Assembly: GCF_001194135.2 (NCBI RefSeq)
Contig: NC_068984.1
Span: forward strand, 37,822,965-37,886,964
DNA from: Octopus bimaculoides
Taxonomy: Eukaryota
Direction of reading: 5' to 3'
DNA: 64,000 bases
How positions within the stretch are numbered: the first letter of the stretch is position 1; each line of letters begins with the position of its first letter. This document shows positions 35,685 through 50,700 of this stretch, in pieces. Below the pieces are notes generated by a model. It was not told where the DNA came from, did not search any database, and worked only from the letters and a program-made list of their open reading frames with translations. Made by a program: the position numbers and the translations under genes.

Positions 35685-38679
35685 CTGAAAATATTAATAC
35701 GAAATATCTAATTAGTAGATATACATTTTCTGTGTAAAATGACACACACTAAAAAGGCACATAATTGTAGAGTAATATAATGAATAAAGTAATGGGTATT
35801 TCAATCAAAGCTTAAATTAGCACACATTACGTAAAGTGCGTGGGTGTGAAAATGCTACATTGGGCCAAATGTAGAATTTTCAACAAGAGTTAGAAGTATT
35901 CCATATATGAAGTAAAAATATATTTTTCTAGCAAATTTTAAAATACCATGCATAATTACTTTTAATTTGATATGAGTGCCGGGCAAAATAAATAAATGAA
36001 TTTGACGTAAAATGATAAAAGTTCCTATCCATTAATCTAAAAGCAATTTACATTTAAAGATAGAAATAACTTGTTTCAGACAGTATCATTTAGATATACA
36101 TAAACCAATAAGATACATGCTGCCTAGTTTATAGTACAAAGGACACTGATCAAAATAATGTTATGTAACTAACTAAGCTACAGTATGAATTTTGTACAAA
36201 AACATAGGCCCATAACTAACATAACACGTTAAATTCTAAAAAAGGAAAATAAACATTAACACTTCCACCTAAAATACGTTTATTATTGCTAAAGAATGAT
36301 AGATTGAATAACTATCGCATGAGATTATTTGTTTGGAAATGATGAGTCAGCAAGAAATAAACCGCGACGTAGTTTTCATTTAACAGCACAAGCAAAAATA
36401 GGATGTGTGTATATATATATATAGTTATATAGGTGTTAACATATGTTACAGGTTAAAGACAATCACAAGTTTCATTTGATTGCTATACATTATACTTCTT
36501 TTCTGGCCCTTTTCTTACTTATACATCATGATTTCTATAGAAAGTGATCTTAGCGAGAAGGCTGTAAATGAATCGGGAAATGCAAGGAAGAACAAAATTT
36601 AAAAAAAAAAAAAGAAAAGAAAACAGACTGCTATTAGACCAAACGTACAATATACATGATGCCATTATTGCATATATTAACCTACTTAAAAATGCTACGA
36701 CTTATCTCCCTTGAATAGGCCATTTTTTTTTCCTTGGTCTTCTTCCCGGATTTACAAATGGGTCAAAGATGGCGACGATAAAGTGCAGGAAACCAATAGT
36801 TAATGAAACGATACCAAAGTCTAACTCGCTTCTACTACATAATTTATAGTTCTCTTACTATTAAAAAAAAAAGTGTTATTCATAAGGAATTGATAACGTA
36901 TTTAAATTAAAGGTTTCCTATTGTTGAAATGTAATGTTCATTTCCCAAACAGGAAACCTGGAAGCGTACACTGTTTTTGTGTTCACCTATCAGTGTTCAT
37001 AGTTCGCTTGTGCATATATTAAAAATTTTTAAAAAAATTACAACTCATTTCAACAAAATCAATATTATTCATTGATTATTTCTATTTAAAATCGACACTG
37101 TTTGGTTTATTAGCACTAGGTGCATCTACAAGATTTTTAACTGGTTGTTAACTGATTGCCAACAACCTAGCAATATGTTTTTTTTTTGTTTTTTTTCTCA
37201 AATAGAGAAACCATGTATAGTTTATTGTAAACTGATTATTAGTTGAGATTCGAATTTTATTACTAATGAAAGTAAAGTAAAATTTAAAAAAGATTGAAAA
37301 GTTAAATTTACACAATCAAATTCTAAGTAAATTCTTTGTCAAATGTATTTTTTATCTATCCATATGTTATATTTTTATCAAAGGGAATATGAAACAAGCT
37401 GAATTGCAAAACGAAATGTTGAACTAGAAATTTATTCCTCTGAGGTCAATAGAAATAATTCTACCCCACCCCCATCTTAAATGTATGGTCTTATTCTAAA
37501 GTAAGAAATAATATATTCATTACGTTTATAAAGATGGTTAACTGACACAAATAAAATAATGCACAGGCCTTTGGAGGAGCTATAAAATAAAGTACTGGAG
37601 TATCCCACACTAAATATCCACTAAGATTTTTGATGTCACTATCCGTAATTTCCCGTTCTCTTCTAATCCTCCAGCGTCAACATGTACCATAAAACACGAC
37701 AATAAATTTGTAACCATGTGCCAATCAATGTAAGCAATTGTGTTGAATGCATTACATACACACATACACACACATTGCAAATTAAAAGATTAAAAAACAA
37801 TGTTTGTTCAATGAGCTATTTTCAATTATGACTACATGCATAACGAAATTGTTTGCTAAAGAACTGAGATAGTCAACAAATTCTTCAGTGAAATTACTGT
37901 GTATAATTTCATCTCACAAAACTTACACTGTCATAGAATGTCTATCTAAAATGAACATTAGTAGTACAGGTACAAAATTGGTTTACTGTAATAGGAGACT
38001 AGTGAAAGAAACTACAATTTCAATATGTTTAACAAGGGTGGAAGATGTATTTCTAAGAATTGAATAATTTCAAATTATTTTCATTTATTTATTTAACTTC
38101 AATTATGAGTCCCAGTATGATAATAGTACAATAATATCCTTCTTGGAAGTATGAAAGAATGGTAAAGTCAGATTTAAGCAACTTGATTTTAAGCCATCAT
38201 AATAATTGTCAGTTAAAAAATAACAATCATTGTTGAGTAGTTTGAACTAGCACAGTCTAAACATTTCTGTTAAGTAGCTGAAAGATTAAGTAGGAATAAT
38301 ATATCAAATATGCTATATTTCAATCAAATTTGATACAAAGTTGCAGTTTGGCTATTTTTGTCTCTTGTGAGTAGTCCAACAAGCCCAAGTAGCTAAAAAC
38401 AGCAGTGAAATCTCCCCCAAACACACCTTGTTATCTTAAAAATAGTATACATTTGATAATGTAGATTGCAGTACACTGCTCTTCAAAATAACAAGATGGT
38501 CATAGCTTGCATGGCTTTGATCATATGAATCTTTTGCATCAAGGTTTATTTGGCAACTTAATAATTCGATAATGATAGTAAAAGAGTTAACCTAATTAGA
38601 TTACCCCCACTTTCTTAATAGTATTGTTGTGCTATAATTATGCAGATAAATTGTCCATATCTGTAATTACACAGGTAAG

Positions 38680-38814
38680 CAGGGCCGGCCCTAAGTTTGC
38701 TGGTGCTCTGGGCAAGCTGAATTTTGGCATGTAGAAGCTGACGATTGTGGAAATTTCTTTGTCTTTGTCACACCTCCTTGGCACCCCAGACAACAGCTTG
38801 AGTTGCCGGCCCTG
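38680..38814. mobile_element. hAT-type MITE
   Basis: TIR cagggccggc/gccggccctg, 8-bp TSD caggtaag/caggtgag. Confidence 0.75.
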
Positions 38815-38853
38815 CAGGTGAGGAATGTTTTGCTATGAATTCTTTGTCTAAAG

Positions 38854-39027
38854 CAGTGTTACCCAATATTTTTTCTGAACTCCCACTAAAACACTTGGAT
38901 ACCTAACACAACCTTATGTAACATAAGTAGTGGATGTAATTAAACTTGAAATTGATGTATTGTTCACTGCACTCTTCATAGTTCTTAATGTGTCCCTAGA
39001 GTGCAGTATAGCTCTTGGGAGTCATTG
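38854..39027. mobile_element. hAT (Charlie-like) MITE
   Basis: cagtgttacccaa...ttgggagtcattg, 8-bp TSD gtctaaag/gtttaaag. Confidence 0.7.
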
Positions 39028-40429
39028 GTTTAAAGGAAAACAAAAGGTTGTAAGGGATTTATGGAAGTGAGATTGTTTTATTATGGAAAACATACCTCAT
39101 TCATAAACAACAGCTTTACTGAAAAGAAGTCGTTTAGAAACAAACCCTTCAGGGAGGTTATCTAGTGTTAGTAAAACTCTTTGATCCACTCCTCATGCAT
39201 ATATTCTTATACTGGCATCAGTCATTAAACTGCAACCATGCTGTGACACAACCACCAAAGGTTTTGTAGATCATATTGATTCTAGTGCTTATTTCAGTCT
39301 GGTACTTTTTTCTTTTATCATATCTGTTTATTGAACTGCTAGGTTAGAGACATTAAGAGATAACATGTTTTTGTGAATATAAAGCACACCCTCCTCTTCA
39401 TTGTTTTAACATCCACTTTTCATGCTTGTTGGAATTCATTGAGGCAGACATTTTTGTACAATTGGATGTCCTCACCTGTTTCCAAGCAAGGCCCTATTTC
39501 CCCATAACTTGACATGTTTTCAGGACAACTGGAAGTAAACAACACTTCTTGTATGACAGTGATGCTGGTTTACAAGTATTGCACAATGTCAAAATAAGAT
39601 GCAAACACATACTCACACATATGTAGATGTATGTGTGTGTATGTATATATAACAGATTTCTTTCAGTTTCTGCCTACTAAATCTACACACAAAGCTTTGG
39701 TCAGCCAGCGCAGGACTATACTAGAAGACAAAGCATGCTCAAGGTGTTTGGCAGGGGACTGAACTTGAAACCATGTGGCTGGGAAGTGAACTTGTTAACC
39801 ATACAGCTAAGCTCACAACTATATACATATACACTATTTCACAAGCAACATCATTGCCCGTGTGTGTGTGTGTTATGTATGTATGTTTAAATGAATGAAT
39901 GACTGGCTGTTCTGTGTTTTAAAGACTTGTAACATAAAAAATCCCTTTCTTGAAAGACACGAGAGTTGGAGAAATGAAAAGAAGAGCATCTGATACTGAA
40001 GTCTCGCCTCAACTGCATACCTTCATCTAACCCATGCAACCAAGGAAAAACAAATTTTAACCCAATGAATGAATATATATATAATAGACTTGGAAAAACT
40101 AGGAAGTCAGAAAAGAAAGACCATTGTGAAAATAATTTACATAATTCAAAATCTTTTTCACTCCCACTATCTCTATATATAAGAAGGGCATTCAACTGTA
40201 GAATATCTGCCTCAATGAATTTCATACCATAAAACACATGACAGTAAATTTGTAAAAAGCAGACATTAAAACAAAACTACACACACACATATAAATGAGA
40301 CAGACTGCTGAAAATGAAAAGAATCTTTACATACAATGAAAACAGTGACTTGTTAAATATGAAACATAAAAAAATATATTTTTAGAAATTGAGATAACAG
40401 CTCTTTGTGTTTCATATTTAATGTATATA

Positions 40430-40984
40430 CACCATTGATGGGCATGATGGTCTGGTTTTTGTCTGAGAGAAAAATCTTTACATAGACATATTGTGCTAGA
40501 AACATTATATATATATATATATCATCATCATCATCATCATCATCATTTAACGTCTGCTTTCCATGCTAGCATGGGTTGGACGATTTGACTGGGGACTGGC
40601 GAACCAGATGGCTACACCAGACTCCAATCTGATCTGGCAGAGTTTCTACAGCTGGATACCCTTCGTAACGCCAACCACTTCGAGTGTGTAGTGGGTGCTT
40701 TTTACGTGCCACCAGCACGAGGGCCAGTCCGGCGGTATATATATATATGCATATACTGGAACACAATGAATATCATTCCAGTAGAAACCCATGTGAATGC
40801 CAGACGTGTTTTGTCTTCCTTGAGCCTTGTAATGACGTACTCATTAGTTGGTCGTATGCCTAAGTGAAATCTATCATGGCTGGGATGATGTTCATCTTAT
40901 TCCAACATATATTGAATATTTAACACAGAATATCCAAGAAAATTTTCTCTGACAGAGTCCACAGTATCATGCCCATCAATGGTG
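40430..40984. mobile_element. Tc1/mariner-type MITE carrying an inserted RTE 3' end (about 40520-40735)
   Basis: TA-caccattgatgggcatgat ... atcatgcccatcaatggtg-TA, with diverged inverted arms of about 80 bp. Confidence 0.7.
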
Positions 40985-42769
40985 TATCAATATTGTTGTT
41001 GGTAGTCCATCAATGTCTGACAATGACAAAGTCTGTGTTCTCAGCAAATGGAGCACATGTCACAATGATAGTCTGTTGACTATAGATAGCTATTTTAATT
41101 TGATGCTGTTTCAATTGTATAGACTAAGTCTGAGATATTGTATTTTATTATTAGAAATAAAATGTTGTATCTACAGTGTTTAACAGGGGTGGGCGACATT
41201 TTTCTAATATACAAAGAACAATGTCATTATTAAACAAAGGAAATGAATGTGCAAGAATGTGGGACAAGATTTTACTCAAGAAACTAATTCAAAAAAAATA
41301 TTGAGATTTAAATAATTATTAGTATGCTTCTTTTTTTCCCCATTAAACTGCAACCATGCTGTGGCACCCCACTTCAGGAGTTTATTTTTTTTAAAATAGA
41401 TTACTGCAACCCCAATCCTTATTTCAGTTTAGTATTTATTTTATTGATGAACCAAATTACCATTTTGACATGACTGACTATTTGCAAGCAACAACCTGTG
41501 GTGTCAAACACAAACATGGACAAATACCACCCCCTCCACATACAATATGCTTCTGTGATTTCTGTCTATCAAATTCAATTCATAAAGTATTGGTCAACCT
41601 CAGGCTATAGTAAAAGACACTTACCCAAAGCACCAGACAGTGGAAATGAACCTGGTACTACATTGTTGCAAAGAGAACTTCCTAACTACAGCTACATCTG
41701 TACCTATGAATGATTTTTTTTTTTTTGTTTTTTTTTCTTTCTATTTTTAAATAAATGTCTAGAACATTGACATTAAATACAGAAAACAGCTCTGACACGA
41801 AATTAATTATCTTGAACATTTTTAACATAGAACTTAAAAGTTAAAAAAAAAGATACATAGAATACATAAAAGTGTATTTAAAAACAATGAGTTAAATGAA
41901 ACTTGAAAATATTTTGCTTTTCATAACAACACAAATTACTATTGTTTTTAGCTCTTGTTTGGATAGTATAACACTATCAAAGAGGTTAAATAACTTGCAC
42001 ACACTGGCTACATCCAAATTACTCTCTTCCTAAATCATTTCATAAAAACAAACTTAACTGTGTTCCATGGTCCATCCTATTTTCAGCATCTTATACTAAT
42101 TTTTTGTTAACATGCTAGTACTCCAGCATAGGCATAGATGCGTAGGTGAAACCAGATCAGCATATACCAGAGGTTACTTTAAAATAATAAATTTCTTCTA
42201 GCTTTTGTGCATCCTTCACAATGCTTTTCCTTTGTGCATTTATCCATGCCCTCTCTCTTTTTCTCTCTTACACACACTAACAAATATCATCATCATCATC
42301 GTTTAATGTCCGTTTTCCATGCTGGCATGGGTTGGATGGTTTGACTGAGGTCTGGAGAGCCAGCGGCTGCACCAGGCTCCAATCTGATCTGGCAATGTTC
42401 TCTACAGCTGGATGCCCTTTCTAATGCCAACCACTCCAAGAGTGTAGTGGGTGCTTTTTATGTGCCACCGGCACGGGAGCCAGTCGGGAGTATTAACATT
42501 GGCCATGTTTGGACGGTGCTTTTTACGTGCCACCAGCACGGGAGCCAGTCAGGTGGCACTGGCCACAGCTACAATATTGGTTTTACTTGACTCAACAGAG
42601 CTTCTCAAGCATATCATATCGCCTGATGCATCAAGGGTACTCTTAACTGGGCTGGATCTCACTTTAGTTGCTGGGTCTTCTCAATCACAGCATATCTCCA
42701 AAGGTTTTGGTCTCCTGTCATTGTCTCTGTGAGGCCCACTGTGTGTGTGTGTGTATATATATACAGGCA

Positions 42770-43140
42770 TTCCGTCAGTTACGACAATGAAGGCCCCAGT
42801 TGATCCGATCAATAGAACAGCCTGCTCGTGAAATTAACATGCGAGTGGCTGAACATTCCACAGACATGTGTACCTTTAACACAGTTATTGGGGAGATTCA
42901 GCGTGACACAGAGTATGACAAGGCTGGCCCTTTGAAATACAGGTACAACTAAAACAGGAAGAAAGAGTGAGAGAAAGTTGTGGTGAAAGAATACAGCTGG
43001 GTTCGCTACCACCCTGTGCTGGAGCCTCATGGAAATTTAGGTGTTTTCGCTCAATAAATGCAACACCCAGTCTGGGAATCAAAACCTCAATCTTATGACT
43101 GCGAGTCCACTGTCCTAACCACTGGGCCATTGCGCCTCCA
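42770..43140 (-). mobile_element. Family-B SINE, CpG-decayed copy
   Basis: Colinear with 5812-6181, with many CG to TG/CA changes. Confidence 0.85.
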
Positions 43141-45268
43141 TATATACATGCATCATACAAATTTCAAAAACTAATATATAACAATGAGCTATCTCAGAAA
43201 GAAAAAATATACAATAAAAATAGCAAAAAAATTGTTCTTACAATGATGGAACAAGAGCTGTTGTATAAAATAGAAGTCAGAGAGTGACTGCTACTATACT
43301 GAATTAACTACTCTGGCAAAAATAAACACACAACGTTAAGACTATTTCTATACAAAACACAAGTTTAACTAGACTTGATTTTTTGTTTCTGAGTGTGTGC
43401 TATTAGATTTGAAAACCTGATCAGATTACATCATGATATTACAAGAAAATTATTGTAGAAGAAAAATTACCATCACTGGAATGTGTGCAGCACTCATGTA
43501 GTACACCCAAAATATGGACTGCATATATGAGCCATTATGTATTAAGAGACTGAGGTAAATGATATGTTCCATTATTGTAACTTTTGTCACTGTCATGCCA
43601 AAATGTTTAAGATGAATTATTTAGCAACACTGATGGAAGAATTCATTGTACTGCTAACTTTATTTTTAAAAAAATGACATTTTGTAAAACATTATTTTAA
43701 ACAATTTCATCTACTTTTGTCACCAACTGCCTAATATGCTTGGAACAAGTCTAACACTCATGCAAGGAATAGCAGCCAAATGTCCATCAAATTACACCCT
43801 ACTAGCATATAAAAGAAAAGAAAGACGTTATGGATAATAGTCCACAGCTTGAAAATTCAGGAGACATGAATGATGGTCACAATTGGAATACCTCTGAGGG
43901 GAAGACCCAGAAAGATGTGGGACAAAGTAGTGAGAAAGCTCTTCAGATGCTGGGCCTAACTGAGGAAATGACAAAGGACCAGGAGTTGTGATTTGCTGTG
44001 CTTGAGAAGATTCATCAAGCTAAGAAAAATTATTGCCATACATACAGTATGGTGCCATGCAAAATGCACTCGTGCTAGTGCCATGCAAGATACACTTGTG
44101 CCAGTGCTGGTGGCACGTAAAAAGTACCTAGCACACTCTATAAAGTGGTTGGTGTTAGGAAGGGCATCCAGCTGGAGAAACTATACCAAAACAGACAATT
44201 GGAGCTTGGACCCCTCCCCAGCTGGTTAGCTTCAGTCAAACCATCCGACCCATGGCTTCATGGAAAATGGATGTTAAACAATGATAATGATGATGATAGG
44301 GCTGTTCACAGGCTAAACAGGACTGGAATAAAGGATTGTGTGTAGTACTTGTTTGCAATATGGAAAAGAGCATTGTAACTCTACATGCTATAAAGATTTG
44401 TGAGTTTACTCTAAGTTCATAAATGAGTACATTAAGAACATATTTATGAATTTATCCCAGCCCAAGTCTGTGTTGTTTAACCTGTGAACTGCCTTAAGAT
44501 CAAAGGTGTTCCAGTAGTGACCATCATTCATGTCTTCTGAGTGTTCAAGCAGTGGACTATTATCCATAAGATCTTTTTTTATAAGCTAGTAGGGTGTAAT
44601 TTGATGGACATTTGGCTGCTATTCCTTACATAAGTGTTAGACTTGTCCCAAGCACATTAGGCAGTCGGTGACAAAAGTGGCTGAAATTGTTTAAAATAAT
44701 GTTTTACAAATGTTTTCTTCTTTTAAGATAAGGCTAGCAATACAATGAATTCTTCCATCAGTGTTGCTAAATAACTCATCTTAAACATTTTGGCACAACA
44801 ATGACAAATGTTACAGTAATGGAACATATCATTTACCTCAGTCTCTTAATACATAATGGCTCATATATGCAATCCATATTCTGGGTGTGCTACATGAGTG
44901 CTGCACACACTCCAATGAGGGTAATTTTTCTTCTGTAATAATTTTCTTCTTGTAATATAATGGTATAATCTGGTCATGTTTCCAAATCTAATATTAGCAT
45001 CCTTCAGCTACTAATAACAATGGAAACTGTTTAAAATGGATTTTATATATAAAAAAAAGGTTAACAGGCTCAAAAATGTTTACATCAGTTTCATTGTCAG
45101 TGCTATTAAAAATAAAAAAGAAACATGTAGGTTAATATACTATGGATTATTGCACAAAAATGTACCATTCATAAATGTTTGTGATATATCAATTAAATTT
45201 ATAACTTTATTTTTATGGTCTTTCCTTCCTTCTTTTCTTCATCATTTTAATGTCTATTTTTCCATAAC

Positions 45269-45309
<41 letters not shown>

Positions 45310-45523
45310 AGAGAGAGAGAGATTAAATCTACAGTAAGGTGTTGATTTTTGCTTGTAACTACTTCGTCTTACAACATAGCTAATACACTTGGAAAAGGCA
45401 TGAACATTGCAGCTGCTATCTACTCTGTTTTTAGAAATTGTAGATTTCAAGACTTCCAAGCTTCCTTAGAGATACACCTGAAAAATATGCACTGAGATAG
45501 ATTTGATATTATTTGTATCTTAC

Positions 45524-45659
45524 CTGGAACATATATATCAACAGGTATCACTCGATCACATCCACGGACAACAGCATATGAATAGTGGTAGTAACCACCT
45601 CCATTAGCACAGCTCCCCATTGATATTACCCAGCGAGGTTCTGGCATCTGATCATAAAC
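45524..45659 (-). CDS. NDUFS7: NDUFS7 coding exon (136 nt)
   Basis: cgacag|GTT TAT GAT ... CCA G|gtaag; [45 protein letters not shown](G), containing the SMGSCA Fe-S ligand motif. Confidence 0.97.
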
Positions 45660-46264
45660 CTGTCGAAAATAAAGTGTACAGAAATGTCTGGCATTTTTTT
45701 AAACTTCCAAAAATGTTCAAAATTATTTTTTCTTTAAAGGCAAATGATTTGAATAATTTTTCTTTTCTTGTAAGAGCTGGGGATATAGATCTACTCATCT
45801 ACCTTATACTATGTAAATGTATTTGTTGTTGTGTAACTTAATTTGACCATCAGCAGAATGCTGGTTAGGTATCTGGGTTTCTTCTACAGGCACCCACCCC
45901 ACAAAAAATACAATCAACAGATGTATCATATACTGGACTTAGATCAGTCTTCTCATACACTATTTTCTTGAGTGAGATGAAATGTAAATACACTAGTTTT
46001 GGTAAAATCAAATCTATTTTTAAACTCAAATGATTCAACTAGAAAGTGAATATTAAAAGAAAGTAACTCATAACTATGTTTCAATAAATCTCTGTCATCA
46101 TTATTTCAATGTATGTTCATCCATATTGAAAAGCATTTCTGCATATCTGTGATATAGGTTTCTCCATTCATCTTTCTTGATCCAATGTCAACTCATCTGT
46201 AAATTCCAATCATTAGGGAACTAACTTAAATGACGTTTTTTCCTTAGCTTTTATTGGATACAAG

Positions 46265-46420
46265 GGCATGGCTGTGTGGTTAGGAAGCTTGCTTCCCATC
46301 TACATGGTTTCAGGTTCAGTCCCACTGCGTGGCACCTTGGGCAAGTGTCTTCTGCTATAGCCCCGGGCTGACCGAAGCCTTATGATTGAATTTGGTAGGC
46401 GGAAGTTACTGCCGTGTGTG
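46265..46420 (+). mobile_element. tRNA-headed SINE 5' part (another family; copies at 3360, 39650, 41560, 54370, 63180)
   Basis: gcatggctgtgtggttagg...ggttcagtcccactgcgtggcaccttgggcaagtgtc. Confidence 0.7.
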
Positions 46421-47229
46421 TATATGTCTGTGTATGTGCTTGTGCCTCTTTCCCAGAGTGAGAGAGGGAAATAAAACATTGTTTTCTGATTTTTCATGTG
46501 GCACTACTGCTACTTCAGAATAGTATATTATCACAATATACTCCTATCCCTGAAGTCAATAAAGCTGATCACCTTTTGATTTCCTTCATTTAAAGCCAAG
46601 CCATTTACTGTCACACTTGTGTACATATCAGGTATTTTAAAGAAAAGAATCTGTTCCACATATCTAGAACCCTGAAGAACATTCTTTACACCAATTAAAT
46701 GTAAATGATAATAACAATAACAATGTAAGAAACAATAATTCTTATTTTTATGTCAGCCTAGACTCAATATACCAGAACATGTCAAGCTGTAGTTATTTAT
46801 TATATGTGAACTTTCCAAAAACCCTGTGCTGAGATGAAATTAGGAGTGGTAATGAAAGATAAAACATTGTTTATTGGAAAGAGTTGTGTTATCTGTCAGA
46901 AATTAGAGAGCTCTTAAAAGACTTTATTTTCCATATATATATAACACATGCAATCAAAACTAATAATGTCATTAACCTCAAATCTGTCTGAAAAAGTATT
47001 AATGCTAAAGAGAGTTGGCAGACATCCAATGATACATGTTGATTTGGACAACAAAATATGATAATTTTGAAAGCAAAAGCAATATATATGAATTTTTAGA
47101 GCAACTACTGTTCTTATAACTAGTTAAATGTAATTTATGTGAGGAGAGAGAGACAGAGAGCATTTGAAATGAAATAGAGATTATATACTGGATTTAAATA
47201 AATGCAATATATATATATATATATATTTG

Positions 47230-48283
47230 TTTGCAGGTGCAATAAAGACTGCAAACAAACAGGAAACAACTTCTATCTCATTCCAGGGTGAAAAACTAGA
47301 GGTAGTCGATAGCTTCCGCTATCTGGGCGACCAAGTTAGTAGTGGGGGTGGGTGCGCTGAAAGTGTAGCTGCTAGAATAAGAATAGCCTGGGCAAAGTTT
47401 AGAGAGCTCTTACCCCTGCTGGCGACAAAGGGACTCTCACTCAGAGTAAAAGGCAGACTGTATGACGCATGCGTACGAACAACCATGCTACATGGCAGTG
47501 AAACATGGGCTGTAACTGCTGAGGACATACGTAAGCTCGCAAGGAATGAAGCCAGTATGCTCCGTTGGATGTGTAATGTCAATGTGAATNNNNNNNNNNN
47601 NNNNNNNNNNNNNNNNNNNNNNNNNNNNNNNNNNNNNNNNNNNNNNNNNNNNNNNNNNNNNNNNNNNNNNNNNNNNNNNNNNNNNNNNNNNNNNNNNNNN
47701 NNNNNNNNNNNNNNNNNNNNNNNNNNNNNNNNNNNNNNNNNNNNNNNNNNNNNNNNNNNNNNNNNNNNNNNNNNNNNNNNNNNNNNNNNNNNNNNNNNNN
47801 NNNNNNNNNNNNNNNNNNNNNNNNNNNNNNNNNNNNNNNNNNNNNNNNNNNNNNNNNNNNNNNNNNNNNNNNNNNNNNNNNNNNNNNNNNNNNNNNNNNN
47901 NNNNNNNNNNNNNNNNNNNNNNNNNNNNNNNNNNNNNNNNNNNNNNNNNNNNNNNNNNNNNNNNNNNNNNNNNNNNNNNNNNNNNNNNNNNNNNNNNNNN
48001 NNNNNNNNNNNNNNNNNNNNNNNNNNNNNNNNNNNNNNNNNNNNNNNNNNNNNNNNNNNNNNNNNNNNNNNNNNNNNNNNNNNNNNNNNNNNNNNNNNNN
48101 NNNNNNNNNNNNNNNNNNNNNNNNNNNNNNNNNNNNNNNNNNNNNNNNNNNNNNNNNNNNNNNNNNNNNNNNNNNNNNNNNNNNNNNNNTGTTGCCATCC
48201 GGTTTCACCAGTCCTCAGTCAAATCGTCCAACCCATGCTAGCATGGAAAGCGGACGTTAAACGATGATGATGATGATGATGAT
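47230..48283 (+). mobile_element. 5'-truncated RTE-clade LINE (RT C-terminus, gap, 3' UTR, (GAT)n tail)
   Basis: EVVDSFRYLGD...ARIRIAWAKFREL...VKGRLYDACVRTTMLHGSETW...EASMLRWMC; ends cggacgttaaac(gat)n. Confidence 0.9.
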
Positions 48284-48317
48284 ATATATATATATATATA
48301 TATATATCCTCTCTTAA

Positions 48318-48538
48318 CCCTTTAGTGTTTGCATTATTCTGCCAAAATTAATGCTTTTTCATCCACATTGTTTTGAACTAATCATGCATTATCTTGTAGC
48401 TATGAGATTTTGATGAGGTAGCTGTTAATTTTCAAAATGATATTGTAGGGTTGGTGTGAGAGACCAGATTTGGCCAGTTTGAACATAAAACAAGCAGAAT
48501 ACTGTTGGCCGGATATGGCTGGTTTAAATGCTAAAGGG
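48318..48538. mobile_element. piggyBac-type MITE
   Basis: TTAA-ccctttag...ctaaaggg-TTAA. A second, inverted and more decayed copy begins at 53062. Confidence 0.85.
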
Positions 48539-48667
48539 TTAAAGTTGAATACCTAAAAAATGAATTACTCAAAGTATCAAACTTGCTGTATAAATGGTTA
48601 GTTTCATAAAGACTCTTAGTTATTTCTTTTCAAGAGAAATGGAAGAGATAAATGTAGAAACTCTTTA

Positions 48668-48853
<186 letters not shown>

Positions 48854-49723
48854 CTATGAAAATAGCAAAAAGAGTAGTAAATAAAAGTCACCTAAAACTT
48901 TGAAGAAAAGCAAAAGATCAAAAATATCATTTAAAAATTGTAAATTTTATCATACAGAAATGAAATCTGTTTTAAAACCTGGGAATCCATACTCGACAAG
49001 TTTAAATGGGTCTGTAAAACAATCTTTCACTCAAGACTCATTGTTCTAAGGTCTGATTTAACTATTTCATGCACCCTGTACACTAAATCCCTCAATAAGA
49101 CTGCTATCAATTCTGACAGCATATTTGATCCACAAAGTGTTTGTGTCATTTATCCCCTTTATCTACATAAAGCCTTCTCAATGCTTGCTAGAAAACAGAA
49201 TGCAAGACCTTACCTAAAATCCTCCATAGGTCAAGGAATCAAAGATAGTTATTCTTGTTGAGTCAAGAATTTCTTGTGGATGTCTCACAAAATATAGTTC
49301 ATCTGGATTTAAATGCTATTATCAACTTAAACTACATCATACCAGCTTAATTCTGTAACAAAGCGATACTGTGGAACCTGAGTAAACTTGTGATAGTTTG
49401 CATTTGCAGATGCTAAAACAAACATTTCAAAATGAGAATGTGTTAGTCTGTTGTCAGAAAAAGAGGTCTAATAGTTTAAGAAGGGCCAATCACCAGATGA
49501 GTAAAAATGTGACTGCCAACTCTATATAATTTAATATTGGTTATAGTAATTACATTTTCATTCATCAGGCTTATTTTCTACTCATGACAAACTATGTAGA
49601 GGTGGGTGATGTATTAAAAGCAATATATGTGGTGCAAGAGAGAAAGTGTTGGCTGGTAGTGCAGTATGTTGAAGTTAGAGTGTATTGGATAAGGAGATAA
49701 CAATGTACTAATGCAGCTATGTG

Positions 49724-49760
<37 letters not shown>

Positions 49761-50509
49761 TACATCTAGTAAAAGTGAGCAGTGATGAGTATATTGTGAT
49801 CAGTACAGGTGGTGAGGAGAGAAAAGATGATGGACTATGAGTGATAAGTAGATGGTGAAAAAAGATGGGGAGAGAATTATGAGCAATAGGTGGCAAGAAT
49901 ACAAAGTGAGTGGGCAGCAAATGTAGACCTGGCAGAGTACAAATATTGTAGCCTCTAACATCACCCTTTAGTTAGGATATGTGTTGCTGTATTGTTCTGC
50001 AGCACCATGTATAGCCAGTCAGTATGATCCTTTGCCATTTTCTCTATGAGATACAGCATCTCGAGGTTAGCCTTTGCCATTTTACCCCATGTTTTTCTCA
50101 GCACCCTGCTCATATGAGTTCCATTAACATGGAATGCACAACTTCTCTATGCAGTCATCATTCTTACTCATTACATGCTCATACCATCACAACTTTCTCT
50201 CTTGTAATAACACCTGATACCTCATATCCATTTTCCCTCTCAGTTCATTTGTACACTGGAATTCATGCACACTAACATTACACTTCCATTGGAGCATGCT
50301 TGCCTCATATTTTCTATTCTTCACAAGTCTTCTACAGCCAAGGTCAAATGTCTCACTACCATGCATCATCACATTTCCAATACAAATGTCATATAATCTA
50401 CTCAGCTCATTAACAAAGCAGTACAATAAAGAATAAACAATGTTTATATGTTATATATGAAAATGAATAAACTATTCAGCAATGATTAGACAAGTTGTAC
50501 CAAATTAAC

Positions 50510-50700
50510 ATTAAAATATGTTTGTGATATATTTTAACTTCTAAAGGTAAATTCACTGCAGTTACCATGAGAAAAAAATTCTCACTTATGGTAAAAGGTG
50601 TAAAAACAGCATATTTGCTTAGTGTCTCCCACTAGCAGACTCCCAGACATGTTTCTGTCTTCTTAGCCTTCCTTAGTAAGAAATACTGTAGAGAGACAAC
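50510..50700 (-). mobile_element. Decayed copy of the 13706-14141 element with a degenerate hammerhead (50641-50680)
   Basis: Same hairpin end ttaaaatatgtttgtgatatattttaacttctaaaggtaaattcactgcagttacc; minus strand CUAAGGAAGGCU..AGACAGAAACauGUC. Confidence 0.6.
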
